Source: an uncultured Muribaculaceae bacterium
Lineage (GTDB): Bacteria > Bacillota_I > Bacilli_A > RF39 > UBA660
NCBI GenBank assembly: GCA_964616485.1
Contig: CAZTRB010000001.1
Location: 5,247 to 69,246, forward strand
DNA: 64,000 nucleotides
Direction of reading: 5' to 3'
Shown: positions 19,970-30,144 of the stretch, piece by piece
How the letters are laid out: each line of letters starts with the position of its first letter
Position numbering within the stretch: the stretch's first letter is position 1
Program-made: the position numbers and the translations under genes
The notes under the pieces: model-generated
The model's input: only the letters and a program-made list of their open reading frames with translations
The model's database searches: none
Told to the model about the DNA's origin: nothing

Positions 19970-21226
19970 ATGGCAAAGAATGTAAAAGAAATAAAAGTAG
20001 TAATCGAAGGTGAGGCGTGGCAAAAAGCCTTAGAGAAAGCTTTTAAAGAAAAAGTAAAAACTGTCGCTGTCGATGGTTTTAGAAAAGGTAAGGTGCCGAG
20101 AGATATATATGAAAAGAAATATGGTAAAGAGAGTCTTTATATTCCGGCTAGTGACTTTGTTGTTGAGGAAGCTTATAAGAAAGCGTTAGATGACTCTAAA
20201 TTAATACCTGTTGTGCAACCAAAGTTAGATATTAAGTCAGTCGACGATAGCAAAATTGAATTCGTATTTACGATAACGGAAAAGCCAGAAATTAAGATAA
20301 ATAAATATAAAGATCTTGGAGTTAAGAGAGAAAAAGCCGTCGTAACTAAAGAAGAGATCAAACACGAATTATCGCATATGCTAGAAAAATATATCGATAC
20401 TCGTATTAAAGACGAGGGTTCTTTGGAAACAGGAGACATTGCCGTAATCGATTTCGAAGGGTTTAAAGACTCAGTCGCTTTCGATGGTGGTAAAGCTACT
20501 AATTATGAATTAGAGATTGGAAGTAATACTTTTATTCCAGGATTTGAAGAAAAATTAATCGGAATGACAGTAGGTACGGAAAAAGACATCGAATTAAAGT
20601 TTCCTAAAGATTACCCAAGCGAAGACTTAAAGGGACAAAAAGTAATATTTAAGGTAAAACTTAACTCTATAAAACAAAAAGTAACTAGAGATTTCGATCA
20701 AGAATTGTTCGATGACTTAGCAATCGAGGGCGTTAATTCTAAAGAAGAGTTAGATAAATATGTCGAGAATCATCTTAAAGAACATAAAGAGGCGGATATC
20801 GAGAACAAACATGTCGACTTATTATTAGAAAAAATCTTAGAAAACGTCGAAATGGATATACCGGTAGAAATGATTGAAGACGAAGTAACACGACTTATCA
20901 ATAGATACGAGGAACAACTTAGAATGCAAGGTATAACTTTAGAAATGTATTATGAATTTACTAAAAGTAGTGAGAAAGACTTGAGAAAGAATATGTATGC
21001 TGAAGCTTCTAAACACGTCTCTTATCGTCTAGTCTTAGAAGAGTTACTTAAGTTAGAAAAAATCACTGTCGAAGAAAAAGAAGTAGCAGAGGAAGTAGAG
21101 AAGTTGGCACAACGTTACAATGTAACGAAAGAAGAACTGCTTAACTCTTTCGGAGACGAAGATATGATTAGGTATGATTTAGAAATGAGAAAACTAATCA
21201 ATTTACTAAAAGAGTACAACAAATAA
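19970..21226 (+). CDS. tig: Trigger factor
   Basis: GFRKGKVP ribosome-binding motif, central FKBP-type PPIase region, about 420 aa. ATG 19970 follows a GGAGG SD. Confidence 0.93.
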   Translation: MAKNVKEIKVVIEGEAWQKALEKAFKEKVKTVAVDGFRKGKVPRDIYEKKYGKESLYIPASDFVVEEAYKKALDDSKLIPVVQPKLDIKSVDDSKIEFVFTITEKPEIKINKYKDLGVKREKAVVTKEEIKHELSHMLEKYIDTRIKDEGSLETGDIAVIDFEGFKDSVAFDGGKATNYELEIGSNTFIPGFEEKLIGMTVGTEKDIELKFPKDYPSEDLKGQKVIFKVKLNSIKQKVTRDFDQELFDDLAIEGVNSKEELDKYVENHLKEHKEADIENKHVDLLLEKILENVEMDIPVEMIEDEVTRLINRYEEQLRMQGITLEMYYEFTKSSEKDLRKNMYAEASKHVSYRLVLEELLKLEKITVEEKEVAEEVEKLAQRYNVTKEELLNSFGDEDMIRYDLEMRKLINLLKEYNK

Positions 21227-21250
21227 AAGTTCATTAGAACTTTTTTTTTT
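21225..21250 (+). terminator. Rho-independent terminator after tig
   Basis: AAGTTC-atta-GAACTT followed by T10. Confidence 0.75.
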
Positions 21251-21296
21251 AGCTTAATTATGGTATCATTAATTTATTAAGATAGAGGTGTTGATT

Positions 21297-21830
21297 ATGG
21301 AAGAAGAGAAAATCATAGAAGAAGGTTTAAAGACCCATACTAAATCAGATAAAATATATTTTGCTGGTATGATAATAATGTTTATCTTTATTTTTATACC
21401 ACCAATTTTTAGAATCGTGTTTTTTGACCCAGATAAGAAGCCCGATACAATCGAAGTATCTTATCTAGAACTTACTTGTAGTAAAGCTATATATAGAGAT
21501 AATTATAGGTTTAATACGAAGATAGTTAATAATTATAAAGAAGGAGCAATCCTTGATTCTTTCGTTGAATATACTTATGAAAATGCTCCGGAAGACGTAG
21601 TAATACCCGAGATAAATGAATTGTTAGAAGTAAAAGAGGATGGTTTTGAAGCTAAGAAATTAAGTAATGGTTATAGTTTTACGATGGATTTCACGAAACC
21701 AGCTTTAAAAGAATTACCAATCTTTAAAGATGCTACTTATATTTCAGCGTTACAAAAAAATACTTATGAAAAAGATGGTATGGTTTGTGAAGCTATTACG
21801 ACTATTAAAGAGGAAAAGAGAGAAGAATGA
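21297..21830 (+). CDS. Hypothetical single-TM protein, translationally coupled to the phosphohexomutase gene
   Basis: TM segment IYFAGMIIMFIFIFIPPIF; GAGGTG SD; stop overlaps the next ATG (ATGA). Confidence 0.65.
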   Translation: MEEEKIIEEGLKTHTKSDKIYFAGMIIMFIFIFIPPIFRIVFFDPDKKPDTIEVSYLELTCSKAIYRDNYRFNTKIVNNYKEGAILDSFVEYTYENAPEDVVIPEINELLEVKEDGFEAKKLSNGYSFTMDFTKPALKELPIFKDATYISALQKNTYEKDGMVCEAITTIKEEKREE

Positions 21831-23206
21831 AATTAACGAATGATATGAATTATAATATTTTTAGGGGATATGATATTAGAGGAGTTTATCCCAGTGATTT
21901 AAATAGTGACGTAGCTTATACGATTGGGATGAGTTTTGGTAGTTATATTAAACGCTTAGGCAAGAAAGTTTGTGTCGTCGGATATGATAATAGATTCTCA
22001 TCAGTAGAGTTGAAGACGGCCTTAATAACGGGAATATTAGAAACGGGAATCGATGTCGTAGAAATAGGTTTAGTAACGACCCCTATGTATTACTACGCTT
22101 GTATAAAGTTAGGAATACCATCTGGTGTCATGGTTACCGCTAGTCATAATCCGAAAGATGACAATGGTTTCAAGTTTGCTTTTGATGAGAGAGGTAATGC
22201 TAGAGGAGAGATGATCGAAGAGTTTCGTGATTACACCAAGACTCTTGATTTTGAATCTGGTGAAGGTAAACTTAGTTCATATGATATAAGAGAAGAGTAT
22301 ATTGCTTTATTTAAAAAGACACTAGACTTCGGTAAGAAGAGAAGAAAAGTAGTAATTGATCCGGGAAATGGTACTACTGCAATCATTGCTAAGGAATTAT
22401 ATAATCTGTTTCCCTTAGATTTAGAAGTGATATTCGGTGATTCAGATCCTAGTTTTCCAAATCATCATCCCGATCCTTGTGTCGAAGAAAACTTAGTCGC
22501 TTTAAAAGAGAAAGTCTTAGCGACTGGTGCTGATATAGGAATAGGTTTTGATGGTGATGGAGATCGTGTCGGTATCGTCGATGAAAAAGGTAACTATATC
22601 GCTACTGATAAATATATGATTATTATCATCAGAGACATTATCGATAAAGTAAATAAGAGAGAATTTCTATACGATGTAAAGTGTTCTAAGTCTTTAAGTG
22701 ATGAGATCGAGAAACTAGGAGCAAAGGGAATTTGTTTTAGGACGGGAAACTCTTATACTAAATCTAAAGTCTTAGAAGATAAACTGCCTTTTGGTGGAGA
22801 ATTATCGGGACACGTTTACTTTAATGATCGCTTCCCTGGATTTGATTCGGGTCTATATGCTGGGTTACGATTAGTGGAAATACTATCTAAAACAGATAAG
22901 ACTGTTAGCGAACTGTTAGAAGGAATAAATGAGTACTATTCGACGGAAGAGATAAAGTTTAAATCTAGTGATGATAAGAAATTTGGCGTCGTCGATAAAG
23001 TCAAAGACTACGTTATTTCCAAGGGTTATGACTATATCGACATCGACGGAGTAAGAGTAAACTTCGATTACGGATGGGCTCTAGTTAGAGCTAGTAATAC
23101 CGGACCAAATATTACGGCTAGATTTGAAGCTGATAGTAGAGAACATTTAGAAGAGATACAAAGAGAGTATACTAATTTAATAAATAATTTAAATGAAGAA
23201 GAGTAA
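21827..23206 (+). CDS. Alpha-D-phosphohexomutase (phosphomannomutase/phosphoglucomutase type)
   Basis: Active-site TASHNPKDDNGFK, metal loop GFDGDGDR, sugar loop GGELSGH. Confidence 0.9.
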   Translation: MKLTNDMNYNIFRGYDIRGVYPSDLNSDVAYTIGMSFGSYIKRLGKKVCVVGYDNRFSSVELKTALITGILETGIDVVEIGLVTTPMYYYACIKLGIPSGVMVTASHNPKDDNGFKFAFDERGNARGEMIEEFRDYTKTLDFESGEGKLSSYDIREEYIALFKKTLDFGKKRRKVVIDPGNGTTAIIAKELYNLFPLDLEVIFGDSDPSFPNHHPDPCVEENLVALKEKVLATGADIGIGFDGDGDRVGIVDEKGNYIATDKYMIIIIRDIIDKVNKREFLYDVKCSKSLSDEIEKLGAKGICFRTGNSYTKSKVLEDKLPFGGELSGHVYFNDRFPGFDSGLYAGLRLVEILSKTDKTVSELLEGINEYYSTEEIKFKSSDDKKFGVVDKVKDYVISKGYDYIDIDGVRVNFDYGWALVRASNTGPNITARFEADSREHLEEIQREYTNLINNLNEEE

Positions 23207-23261
23207 ATACTCTTCTTTATTATATTAAAGTTATATGATAAAATAATAGCGAGGTGATTTA

Positions 23262-23981
23262 ATGAGTGGGCATTCAAAATGGTCGACGATTCATCGTAAG
23301 AAAGGTGAAATAGATGCCAACAGAGGGAAGGTCTTTCAAAAATTAGCAAAAGAGATATATGTCGTAGCTAAGAGTTCGAGTAAAGACTTAGATACTAACC
23401 CAGCGTTAAGAGCAGTTATAGAGAAAGCCAAAGGGCAAAATATGCCTAAGGATAACATTCAAAAGGCTCTCGATAAAGCTTGGGGATTAAATCAAACCGA
23501 AGATTATGAGACTGTCGTCTATGAAGGGTATGGTCCAAAAGGTATTGCTATCATGATCGAATGTTTAACTGATAATAAGAACAGGACAGCAGGGATGGTT
23601 AGAAGTACTTTAACTAAGAGAAATGGTAATCTTGGAACAGACGGTTCGGTAGCTTATCTCTTTGAGAGAAAAGGCGTTATCGTAATACCAGATGATTACG
23701 ATGAAGACAAAGTACTCAATGTCGCTTTAGAAGAAGAAGCTTTAGATTTTATTAAAAACGAAGGAAACTATGAGATATATACTAAACCAGAAGACTTCTT
23801 AAAGATAAAAGAAGAGTTTGAGAAAAATCAAATAACGGATTTTATAGCTAGTGAAGTTACTTTTGTCGCTAGTAATTACATTGCTCTTGAGGGCGAGGAT
23901 AAAGAGAAAGTATTCGATTTAATTAGTGCATTAGAAGAGATAGATGATGTTAATAATGTTTATCACAATTTAGAAGGATAG
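23262..23981 (+). CDS. yebC: YebC/PmpR-family protein
   Basis: MSGHSKWSTIHRKKG...ANRGK N-terminus typical of the family, about 240 aa. Confidence 0.93.
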   Translation: MSGHSKWSTIHRKKGEIDANRGKVFQKLAKEIYVVAKSSSKDLDTNPALRAVIEKAKGQNMPKDNIQKALDKAWGLNQTEDYETVVYEGYGPKGIAIMIECLTDNKNRTAGMVRSTLTKRNGNLGTDGSVAYLFERKGVIVIPDDYDEDKVLNVALEEEALDFIKNEGNYEIYTKPEDFLKIKEEFEKNQITDFIASEVTFVASNYIALEGEDKEKVFDLISALEEIDDVNNVYHNLEG

Positions 23982-24038
23982 TTTACATAGAAAAGATATT
24001 GTTATATAATGTAAACGTTTATTAGAAAGAAGGAAATT

Positions 24039-25532
24039 ATGAGAGAGTTTACGGAGCAAGAGCTTGTTAGAAGAGAAAAATTAGCTTTTTTAAAAGAGAG
24101 AGGGATAGATCCTTTTGGAAGTAGGTTCGACATTGATACGACGACAGAAGAACTTAAAGAAGTTTATAAAGATAATAACAGTGAAGAATTAGAGGTTTTA
24201 AATAAAAGTGTCTCTATCGCTGGTAGAATCATGACTAAAAGAGGTAAAGGTAAAGCGGGATTTATCAATCTTCAAGATCGTTATGGTCAGATTCAAATAT
24301 ATGTTAAAGTAGATAATCTACCAGAAGGACAATATGACATATTCGATAAGGCAGATTTAGGTGATATCGTCGGTATTAAAGGGACTGTAATGAGAACTCA
24401 TATGGGTGAATTAAGTATTAGAGCATTAGAGTTTATTCATCTTACAAAGGCTCTAAGACCTCTTCCAGATAAGTTTCACGGGTTAGTCGATGTCGAGGAG
24501 AGATATCGTCGTCGTTACGTAGACTTAATAGTCAATGAAGATGCTAGAACAAAAGCTTTTATGAGACCTAAGATAATCAGAGCTATTCAGAATTATTTAG
24601 ATGAGAGAGGGTATGTTGAAGTAGAGACTCCTATATTAGGAACGATATTAGGTGGAGCAACGGCTAGACCTTTCGTGACTCATCATAATACTTTAGATAT
24701 TCCAATGTATTTGAGAATAGCACCAGAGTTAAACTTAAAGAGGTTGATCGTTGGTGGGATGGATGCCGTCTATGAAATAGGAAGATTATTTAGAAACGAA
24801 GGAATGGATAAGAATCATAATCCGGAGTTTGATACGATCGAGTTATATAAAGCTTATAGTGATTTAGATGGAATGATGGATATTACTGAGGGAATAATTA
24901 GTCATACGGCATTTACTGTCCGTGGTACTTATGACTTTACTTGGAATGGTAAAGAAGTCTCTCTAAAGGCTCCTTATAAGAGACTAAATATGATCGAGGC
25001 TATAAAAAATATAACGAAAATTGATTTTAATGAAAACATGAGCCTAGAAGAAGCTACTAAACTGGCAAAAGAACATAATATCGAAGTAGAGAAGCACTTC
25101 TTATATGGACATATAGTCAATGCTTTCTTTGAGAAATATGTCGAGGAGACTTTAATAGAACCTACTTTTATAATTGGACATCCGATCGAGATTAGCCCCC
25201 TTGCTAAAAAAGCGAAAGACGAGCGTTTCACTGAAAGATTTGAACTTTTCATAGGTGGAACAGAGTTTGCTAATGCTTTTACGGAATTAAATGACCCCGA
25301 TGATCAATACGAACGTTTCTTAGCTCAGACTAAAGAGAAAGAATTAGGAAACGATGAAGCTAATGATATGGACTTAGATTATGTCGAGGCCTTGGAATAT
25401 GGAATGCCACCAACGGGAGGATTAGGAATCGGATTAGATCGTCTAATAATGCTTTTAACGGGAGCAGAGACAATTAGAGAAGTATTGTTGTTTCCAACGA
25501 TGAAACCTAAAGAAGAACCAAAGACACATTAA
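24039..25532 (+). CDS. lysS: Lysyl-tRNA synthetase, class II
   Basis: OB-fold N-terminus, class II motifs (FRNEG.D..HNPEF, GG.G.GIDRL), about 497 aa. Confidence 0.95.
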   Translation: MREFTEQELVRREKLAFLKERGIDPFGSRFDIDTTTEELKEVYKDNNSEELEVLNKSVSIAGRIMTKRGKGKAGFINLQDRYGQIQIYVKVDNLPEGQYDIFDKADLGDIVGIKGTVMRTHMGELSIRALEFIHLTKALRPLPDKFHGLVDVEERYRRRYVDLIVNEDARTKAFMRPKIIRAIQNYLDERGYVEVETPILGTILGGATARPFVTHHNTLDIPMYLRIAPELNLKRLIVGGMDAVYEIGRLFRNEGMDKNHNPEFDTIELYKAYSDLDGMMDITEGIISHTAFTVRGTYDFTWNGKEVSLKAPYKRLNMIEAIKNITKIDFNENMSLEEATKLAKEHNIEVEKHFLYGHIVNAFFEKYVEETLIEPTFIIGHPIEISPLAKKAKDERFTERFELFIGGTEFANAFTELNDPDDQYERFLAQTKEKELGNDEANDMDLDYVEALEYGMPPTGGLGIGLDRLIMLLTGAETIREVLLFPTMKPKEEPKTH

Positions 25533-25596
25533 GTGTCTTTTCTTTTAAAACTTTACTTAATATTAAAAAAGTTATAAACTATATTTAGGTGAATAA

Positions 25597-26253
25597 ATGA
25601 AAAAAACAAATAAAGAATTACCAAAATATACTTTAGGTGAAGAGATAATGAACTCTATAACTCATGGAGTAGGAGCTCTTCTAGCGATCGCAGCACTCGT
25701 CTTGAGTGTTATTTTTGCCGCGATAAATAAAGATTCTATCGCCGTTATAAGTGCTATCGTTTATGGAGTCACTTTAATTATCTTATATACGATGTCGACT
25801 CTATATCATTCGATACCTAATAAGACGGCTAAGAAAGTATTTAGAATAATAGATCATTGTAGTATTTATCTTTTAATAGCCGGTACTTATACACCATATA
25901 CACTAGTTATACTACCAAGATATCCGGGATTATTAATGTTTGCTATCGTTTGGTCGGTGGCTATTTTAGGAATAGTCTTAAATGCCGTTAATATAAATAA
26001 GTTTAAGATAATATCGTTTATTAGTTATCTGTTTTTAGGGTGGGTAATAGTCTTTGCTTTTAACCCCTTAGTAGAAAACTTAGATAAAGTAGGACTGTGG
26101 TTACTTATTGCTGGAGGGTTATCTTATACGATAGGTACGATCTTTTATAAAGTGGGAAAGAAAGTAAGATATATGCATTCTGTCTTTCATTTATTTGTCT
26201 TAGCGGGATCTATTCTTCACTTCTTCTCAATATTATTATACGTTTATAGTTAG
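25597..26253 (+). CDS. Hemolysin III / PAQR (YplQ/TrhA) family membrane protein
   Basis: 7-TM protein with N..THG, STLYHS, DH..IY..IAGTYTP and H.FV motifs. Confidence 0.88.
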   Translation: MKKTNKELPKYTLGEEIMNSITHGVGALLAIAALVLSVIFAAINKDSIAVISAIVYGVTLIILYTMSTLYHSIPNKTAKKVFRIIDHCSIYLLIAGTYTPYTLVILPRYPGLLMFAIVWSVAILGIVLNAVNINKFKIISFISYLFLGWVIVFAFNPLVENLDKVGLWLLIAGGLSYTIGTIFYKVGKKVRYMHSVFHLFVLAGSILHFFSILLYVYS

Positions 26254-26259
26254 GAGGTT

Positions 26260-27729
26260 ATGATGTTAAAAAAAGAGTTAAAATTTAATATTCTAGTCAT
26301 AATAACGATTGTTTTTTTATCCATAATCTTGGTAAACAAACAGTTTCAAAACGATACTTTTTATACGATTAAAGTAGGAGAGAGCATTTTAAAAAACGGT
26401 ATCGATATGAAAGACCATTTTTCTTTTGTAAGTAATTTGTCTTATACATATCCACATTGGTTATACGATGTCTCAATTTATTTGATATATAGTATAGCGG
26501 GCTTTACCGGACTTTATATTTCCAGTATTGCTTTAGCCTTTAGTCTTCTTACTTTAATGTATCATACTTGTAAAAAGATTATTAATGATAAATATATAAG
26601 TTATTTAACTATGACTTTTTCGGCTAGTTTTCTTTTTAACTTTATAACGACTAGAGCTCAATCAGTCACTTATCTTCTGTTAATTTTATTACTTTATTCG
26701 ATAGAAAAACTCTTAGAAAAGGGGAAGAATAAATATATTGCCTATATATTTGTAATAGCTTTGTTAACGGCAAACTTCCACTTAGCAATATGGCCTTTTA
26801 TCTTTGTCCTTTTTTTACCTTACTTTGTTAGTCATATGATAGCTAAACTGAAGTTTAAAAATGATATCGTTATCATAAAAAAAGAAGTTAACATCAAGAA
26901 GTTAGTTATAGCGTTTTTCTTAGCGCTTTTAACTGGATTCTTGACTCCAAATTTCTTAGTGCCATTTACTTATCTAATTAAGACGAATATCGGTATATCG
27001 ACTCACTATATCGCTGAACATCAACCTACTACTATAAAGATGAATGTCTTTCTTTATATATTTTTCTTCTTATTTTTCATTAGTCTGTTAGTTAAAAAGA
27101 TGAAGATAAAAGCGAGTGATTTATTTATAATGTTAGGTTTATTCTTAATGTCTTTTCTATCGATAAGAAACTTTTCTTTACTAATGATCTTATCTATTTT
27201 TGTTGTAGCTAGGCTCGTTAAGACTTTTATAAGTAATAGAGAAAAGGTAAGGATTAAGGCTTATTTAAACCATAATGTCATCTATATAAGCGTGTTTTTA
27301 ATGCTTATCTTTGGTAGCGTTATAAAGATTTTGGTTAATAAAGACAAGCCATATATTAAAGAGAACTCGTATCCCGTTGCTATGACTAATTATATTAAAG
27401 ATAATTTAGATTACTCTAATATAAGACTTTATAACTCTTATACTTTTGGAAGTTATTTTATCTTAAATGATATTAAAGTTTTAATCGATTCTAGAGCCGA
27501 TTTATATACTAAAGAATTTAATGATACGACTATTCTTTATGACGTTATGAACTCTTTTAACAATTATGAGGAAGTATTTGAGAGATATAAAATAACTCAT
27601 GTTGCGATTTATAAGAGAGAGAGACTTACAAAACTATTACAGTTAGATAATAATTATGAGACGATATACGAGGATAAATACTTTATCTTATTTGAAAGAA
27701 AAGGAGTCTTTTATGAAAAAAACGATTAA
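26260..27729 (+). CDS. Large polytopic membrane protein (489 aa), possibly a GT-C-like glycosyltransferase or polymerase
   Basis: About 11-12 hydrophobic segments plus a C-terminal soluble tail. No motif I can name confidently. Confidence 0.6.
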   Translation: MMLKKELKFNILVIITIVFLSIILVNKQFQNDTFYTIKVGESILKNGIDMKDHFSFVSNLSYTYPHWLYDVSIYLIYSIAGFTGLYISSIALAFSLLTLMYHTCKKIINDKYISYLTMTFSASFLFNFITTRAQSVTYLLLILLLYSIEKLLEKGKNKYIAYIFVIALLTANFHLAIWPFIFVLFLPYFVSHMIAKLKFKNDIVIIKKEVNIKKLVIAFFLALLTGFLTPNFLVPFTYLIKTNIGISTHYIAEHQPTTIKMNVFLYIFFFLFFISLLVKKMKIKASDLFIMLGLFLMSFLSIRNFSLLMILSIFVVARLVKTFISNREKVRIKAYLNHNVIYISVFLMLIFGSVIKILVNKDKPYIKENSYPVAMTNYIKDNLDYSNIRLYNSYTFGSYFILNDIKVLIDSRADLYTKEFNDTTILYDVMNSFNNYEEVFERYKITHVAIYKRERLTKLLQLDNNYETIYEDKYFILFERKGVFYEKND

Positions 27730-27871
27730 AAATTTAATTATATTTAGTGTTACGACAATAGTAGCTATTACTCTTTTAGGATGGGCGAAGAAAAAGAATC
27801 TTTTCGCTCCGGCTAAAGATATAAAAATCTCGCAAACTAAAAAACTAACGCTTGGTACTAACGATGAATAA
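27713..27871 (+). CDS. Small single-TM protein (52 aa)
   Basis: AAGGAG SD 7 nt before ATG 27713. The longer track ORF (27656) overlaps the preceding gene in another frame. Confidence 0.45.
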   Translation: MKKTIKNLIIFSVTTIVAITLLGWAKKKNLFAPAKDIKISQTKKLTLGTNDE

Positions 27872-28685
27872 TAAAGAGATTTTAGTAGATAAAGAGATTC
27901 GACTATTCGAGTTCTTAAGGTTAGAGTTAAAACATTTATCCAAGAATAATGTTAAGTCTTTACTAGTTAAAAAGATGGTCTTTGTTAATGATGCACCTAT
28001 TAGTCAATACGATTATTCATTAAAACCAAAAGATCTCGTTAAGATTGGTTACTACGATGTAAACGAAAGAATTAAGATAGTCTTTGAAGATAAATATTTA
28101 ATCGTCGTATCAAAACCAAATAATTTATTATCGATAGCTACTGATAAAGAGAAAGATAAGACTTTATATAAGATGGTTATGAATTACTTAAAAGGAATAA
28201 ATAAGAATAATAGAGTATTTATCGTTCATCGCTTAGATAAAGATACTTCTGGTTTAGTCGTTTTTGCTAAGACGGAAGAAGTTAAGATGATACTGCAAGA
28301 TAATTGGGATAATGCTGTTAGAAAATATATTGCCAAAGTTCATGGTGTCACTAAAGAAAAGGAAGTCTTAGTCAATTACTTAGAAGAAGATAAACTATTC
28401 GTAAGAGTGTCTAAAAAAGGCAGAGAAGCGATAACTGAATATACTAAGATTAATAACAACGACAATTATTCTCTTTTAGATATTAATATTAAGACAGGAT
28501 TTAAAAATCAGATAAGAGTCCAACTTAATAATATTAAACATCCAATCGTTGGGGACGTTAAGTACGGCATTAAAGATCAGTCTAAAAGGCTTATGCTACA
28601 TGCTTATTATTTAAGGATTACTCATCCTATAACTAAGAAGGTCTTGTCGTTTGAAGACGATATTCCTAATGTTTTTAAAATTTAA
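27864..28685 (+). CDS. RluA-family pseudouridine synthase with an S4-like N-terminal domain
   Basis: Catalytic HRLDKDTSGLVVF; the start is uncertain (ATG 27864 or TTG 27852). Confidence 0.85.
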   Translation: MNNKEILVDKEIRLFEFLRLELKHLSKNNVKSLLVKKMVFVNDAPISQYDYSLKPKDLVKIGYYDVNERIKIVFEDKYLIVVSKPNNLLSIATDKEKDKTLYKMVMNYLKGINKNNRVFIVHRLDKDTSGLVVFAKTEEVKMILQDNWDNAVRKYIAKVHGVTKEKEVLVNYLEEDKLFVRVSKKGREAITEYTKINNNDNYSLLDINIKTGFKNQIRVQLNNIKHPIVGDVKYGIKDQSKRLMLHAYYLRITHPITKKVLSFEDDIPNVFKI

Positions 28686-28739
28686 GTGTGACTTTTTAAT
28701 TCATATGTAGTATAATTTTTAGTGTTTATGAGGTGAAGT

Positions 28740-29726
28740 ATGGGCATTTTATTATTAACAAAGTCAGTATTTGCCGTTATGATTGGTTTTTTAATATCAA
28801 TTGTTTTTGGTTATATACTTTTAAAGTTTTTTAGAAAGTTAAAATTAGGGCAAAGAGTTAGTATCTTTGTCGGTGATAATCATAAGAAAAAAGAAGGTAC
28901 ACCGACAATGGGTGGTTTGATTTTTATTATTCCGACTCTCATTGCAACGTTCTTATTAACTATCTTTGATAAGATTACGCTTACTCCTAATTTATTAATA
29001 ATCTTGTTCGTATTTACTAGTTATTCGATAATTGGTTTTCTTGATGATTATATTAGTTTCAAGAGTAAATCTAATGAGGGATTGACTACTTATCAAAAGC
29101 TGTTTTTTCAATTTATCGTAGCTTTAGTATTCTTTTATCTATATACGAAGAGTGGAGGAAGTACGGATCTTATCGTATCGACCTTAGGTGTTCATATTAA
29201 GATGGGTTGGTTTTACGGCTTCTTCTTGTTATTTATCTTAATAGGAGCATCTAATGCCGTTAATATTACCGATGGTTTAGATGGATTAGCTGGTGGACTT
29301 TCAGCTATCGCTTTTATCGCTTTTAGTCTTATATCGATTGTCGTTGGTTTTGAAGAGATAGGAATATTTTCTTTTATCTTAACGGGAGGACTATTCGGAT
29401 TTTTAATTTATAATACTCATCCGGCTAAGATAATTATGGGAGATACCGGTTCTTTATCTTTAGGAGCAGTAATGGCAGCGATAGCGATTCTTACTCATAG
29501 AGAAGTAACTCTATTAGTAGTCGCTAGTATCTTCGTCATCGAGACACTTACAGTAATCTTACAAATTATATGGCTTAGAGTATTTAAGAGAAAGTTGTTT
29601 TTAATGACACCACTTCATCATCATTTCGAGAAATTAGGTTGGGCAGAGACAGATATAGTTAAACTCTTTTGGGTAGTTGGGTTAATCTTAACTATGGCTG
29701 GTATTTTCTTTGGAGTTTGGTTATAA
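28740..29726 (+). CDS. mraY: Phospho-N-acetylmuramoyl-pentapeptide transferase
   Basis: NAVNITDGLDGLA, GDTGSLSLG and PLHHHFE motifs in a 10-TM protein. Confidence 0.95.
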   Translation: MGILLLTKSVFAVMIGFLISIVFGYILLKFFRKLKLGQRVSIFVGDNHKKKEGTPTMGGLIFIIPTLIATFLLTIFDKITLTPNLLIILFVFTSYSIIGFLDDYISFKSKSNEGLTTYQKLFFQFIVALVFFYLYTKSGGSTDLIVSTLGVHIKMGWFYGFFLLFILIGASNAVNITDGLDGLAGGLSAIAFIAFSLISIVVGFEEIGIFSFILTGGLFGFLIYNTHPAKIIMGDTGSLSLGAVMAAIAILTHREVTLLVVASIFVIETLTVILQIIWLRVFKRKLFLMTPLHHHFEKLGWAETDIVKLFWVVGLILTMAGIFFGVWL

Positions 29727-29743
29727 TATAAATAGGAGGACAT

Positions 29744-30061
29744 ATGGATAAAAAAACAGTTGAAGAAGACGATTTTTACGATGATAAAAAGACTCTTATT
29801 AAAGATAGGGTAGTCAGAGTCTTAAATGTTTTACTTCTATTGTTAGTCATCGCTTGGGCGGGAATCGTTTTATTTGATTACTTTAATGTAAGAGGAAAAA
29901 ATCAACCTAAATTTTGTTTTTGGAAACAGGAGACAAAAGTCTACGAAGATGGTAATGTCGAGTCTTGTATCGGTTTAGGTTATAAAGTCATTACTTATAA
30001 TCGTACTAGTTACAAAGCATTAGAATTCGGACCGTTTTGGATAACGGAAAGAATACCGTAA
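29744..30061 (+). CDS. Small N-terminally anchored membrane protein (105 aa), unknown function
   Basis: AGGAGG SD; TM segment VLNVLLLLLVIAWAGIVLF; two Cys in the external part. Confidence 0.65.
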   Translation: MDKKTVEEDDFYDDKKTLIKDRVVRVLNVLLLLLVIAWAGIVLFDYFNVRGKNQPKFCFWKQETKVYEDGNVESCIGLGYKVITYNRTSYKALEFGPFWITERIP

Positions 30062-30144
30062 TAGTTTTAATTAAATATAATAGTAATATTATATTTTTTT
30101 TGTTATAATATGGTACAATTATAGTGAGTTGTTTAGGAGGAATT

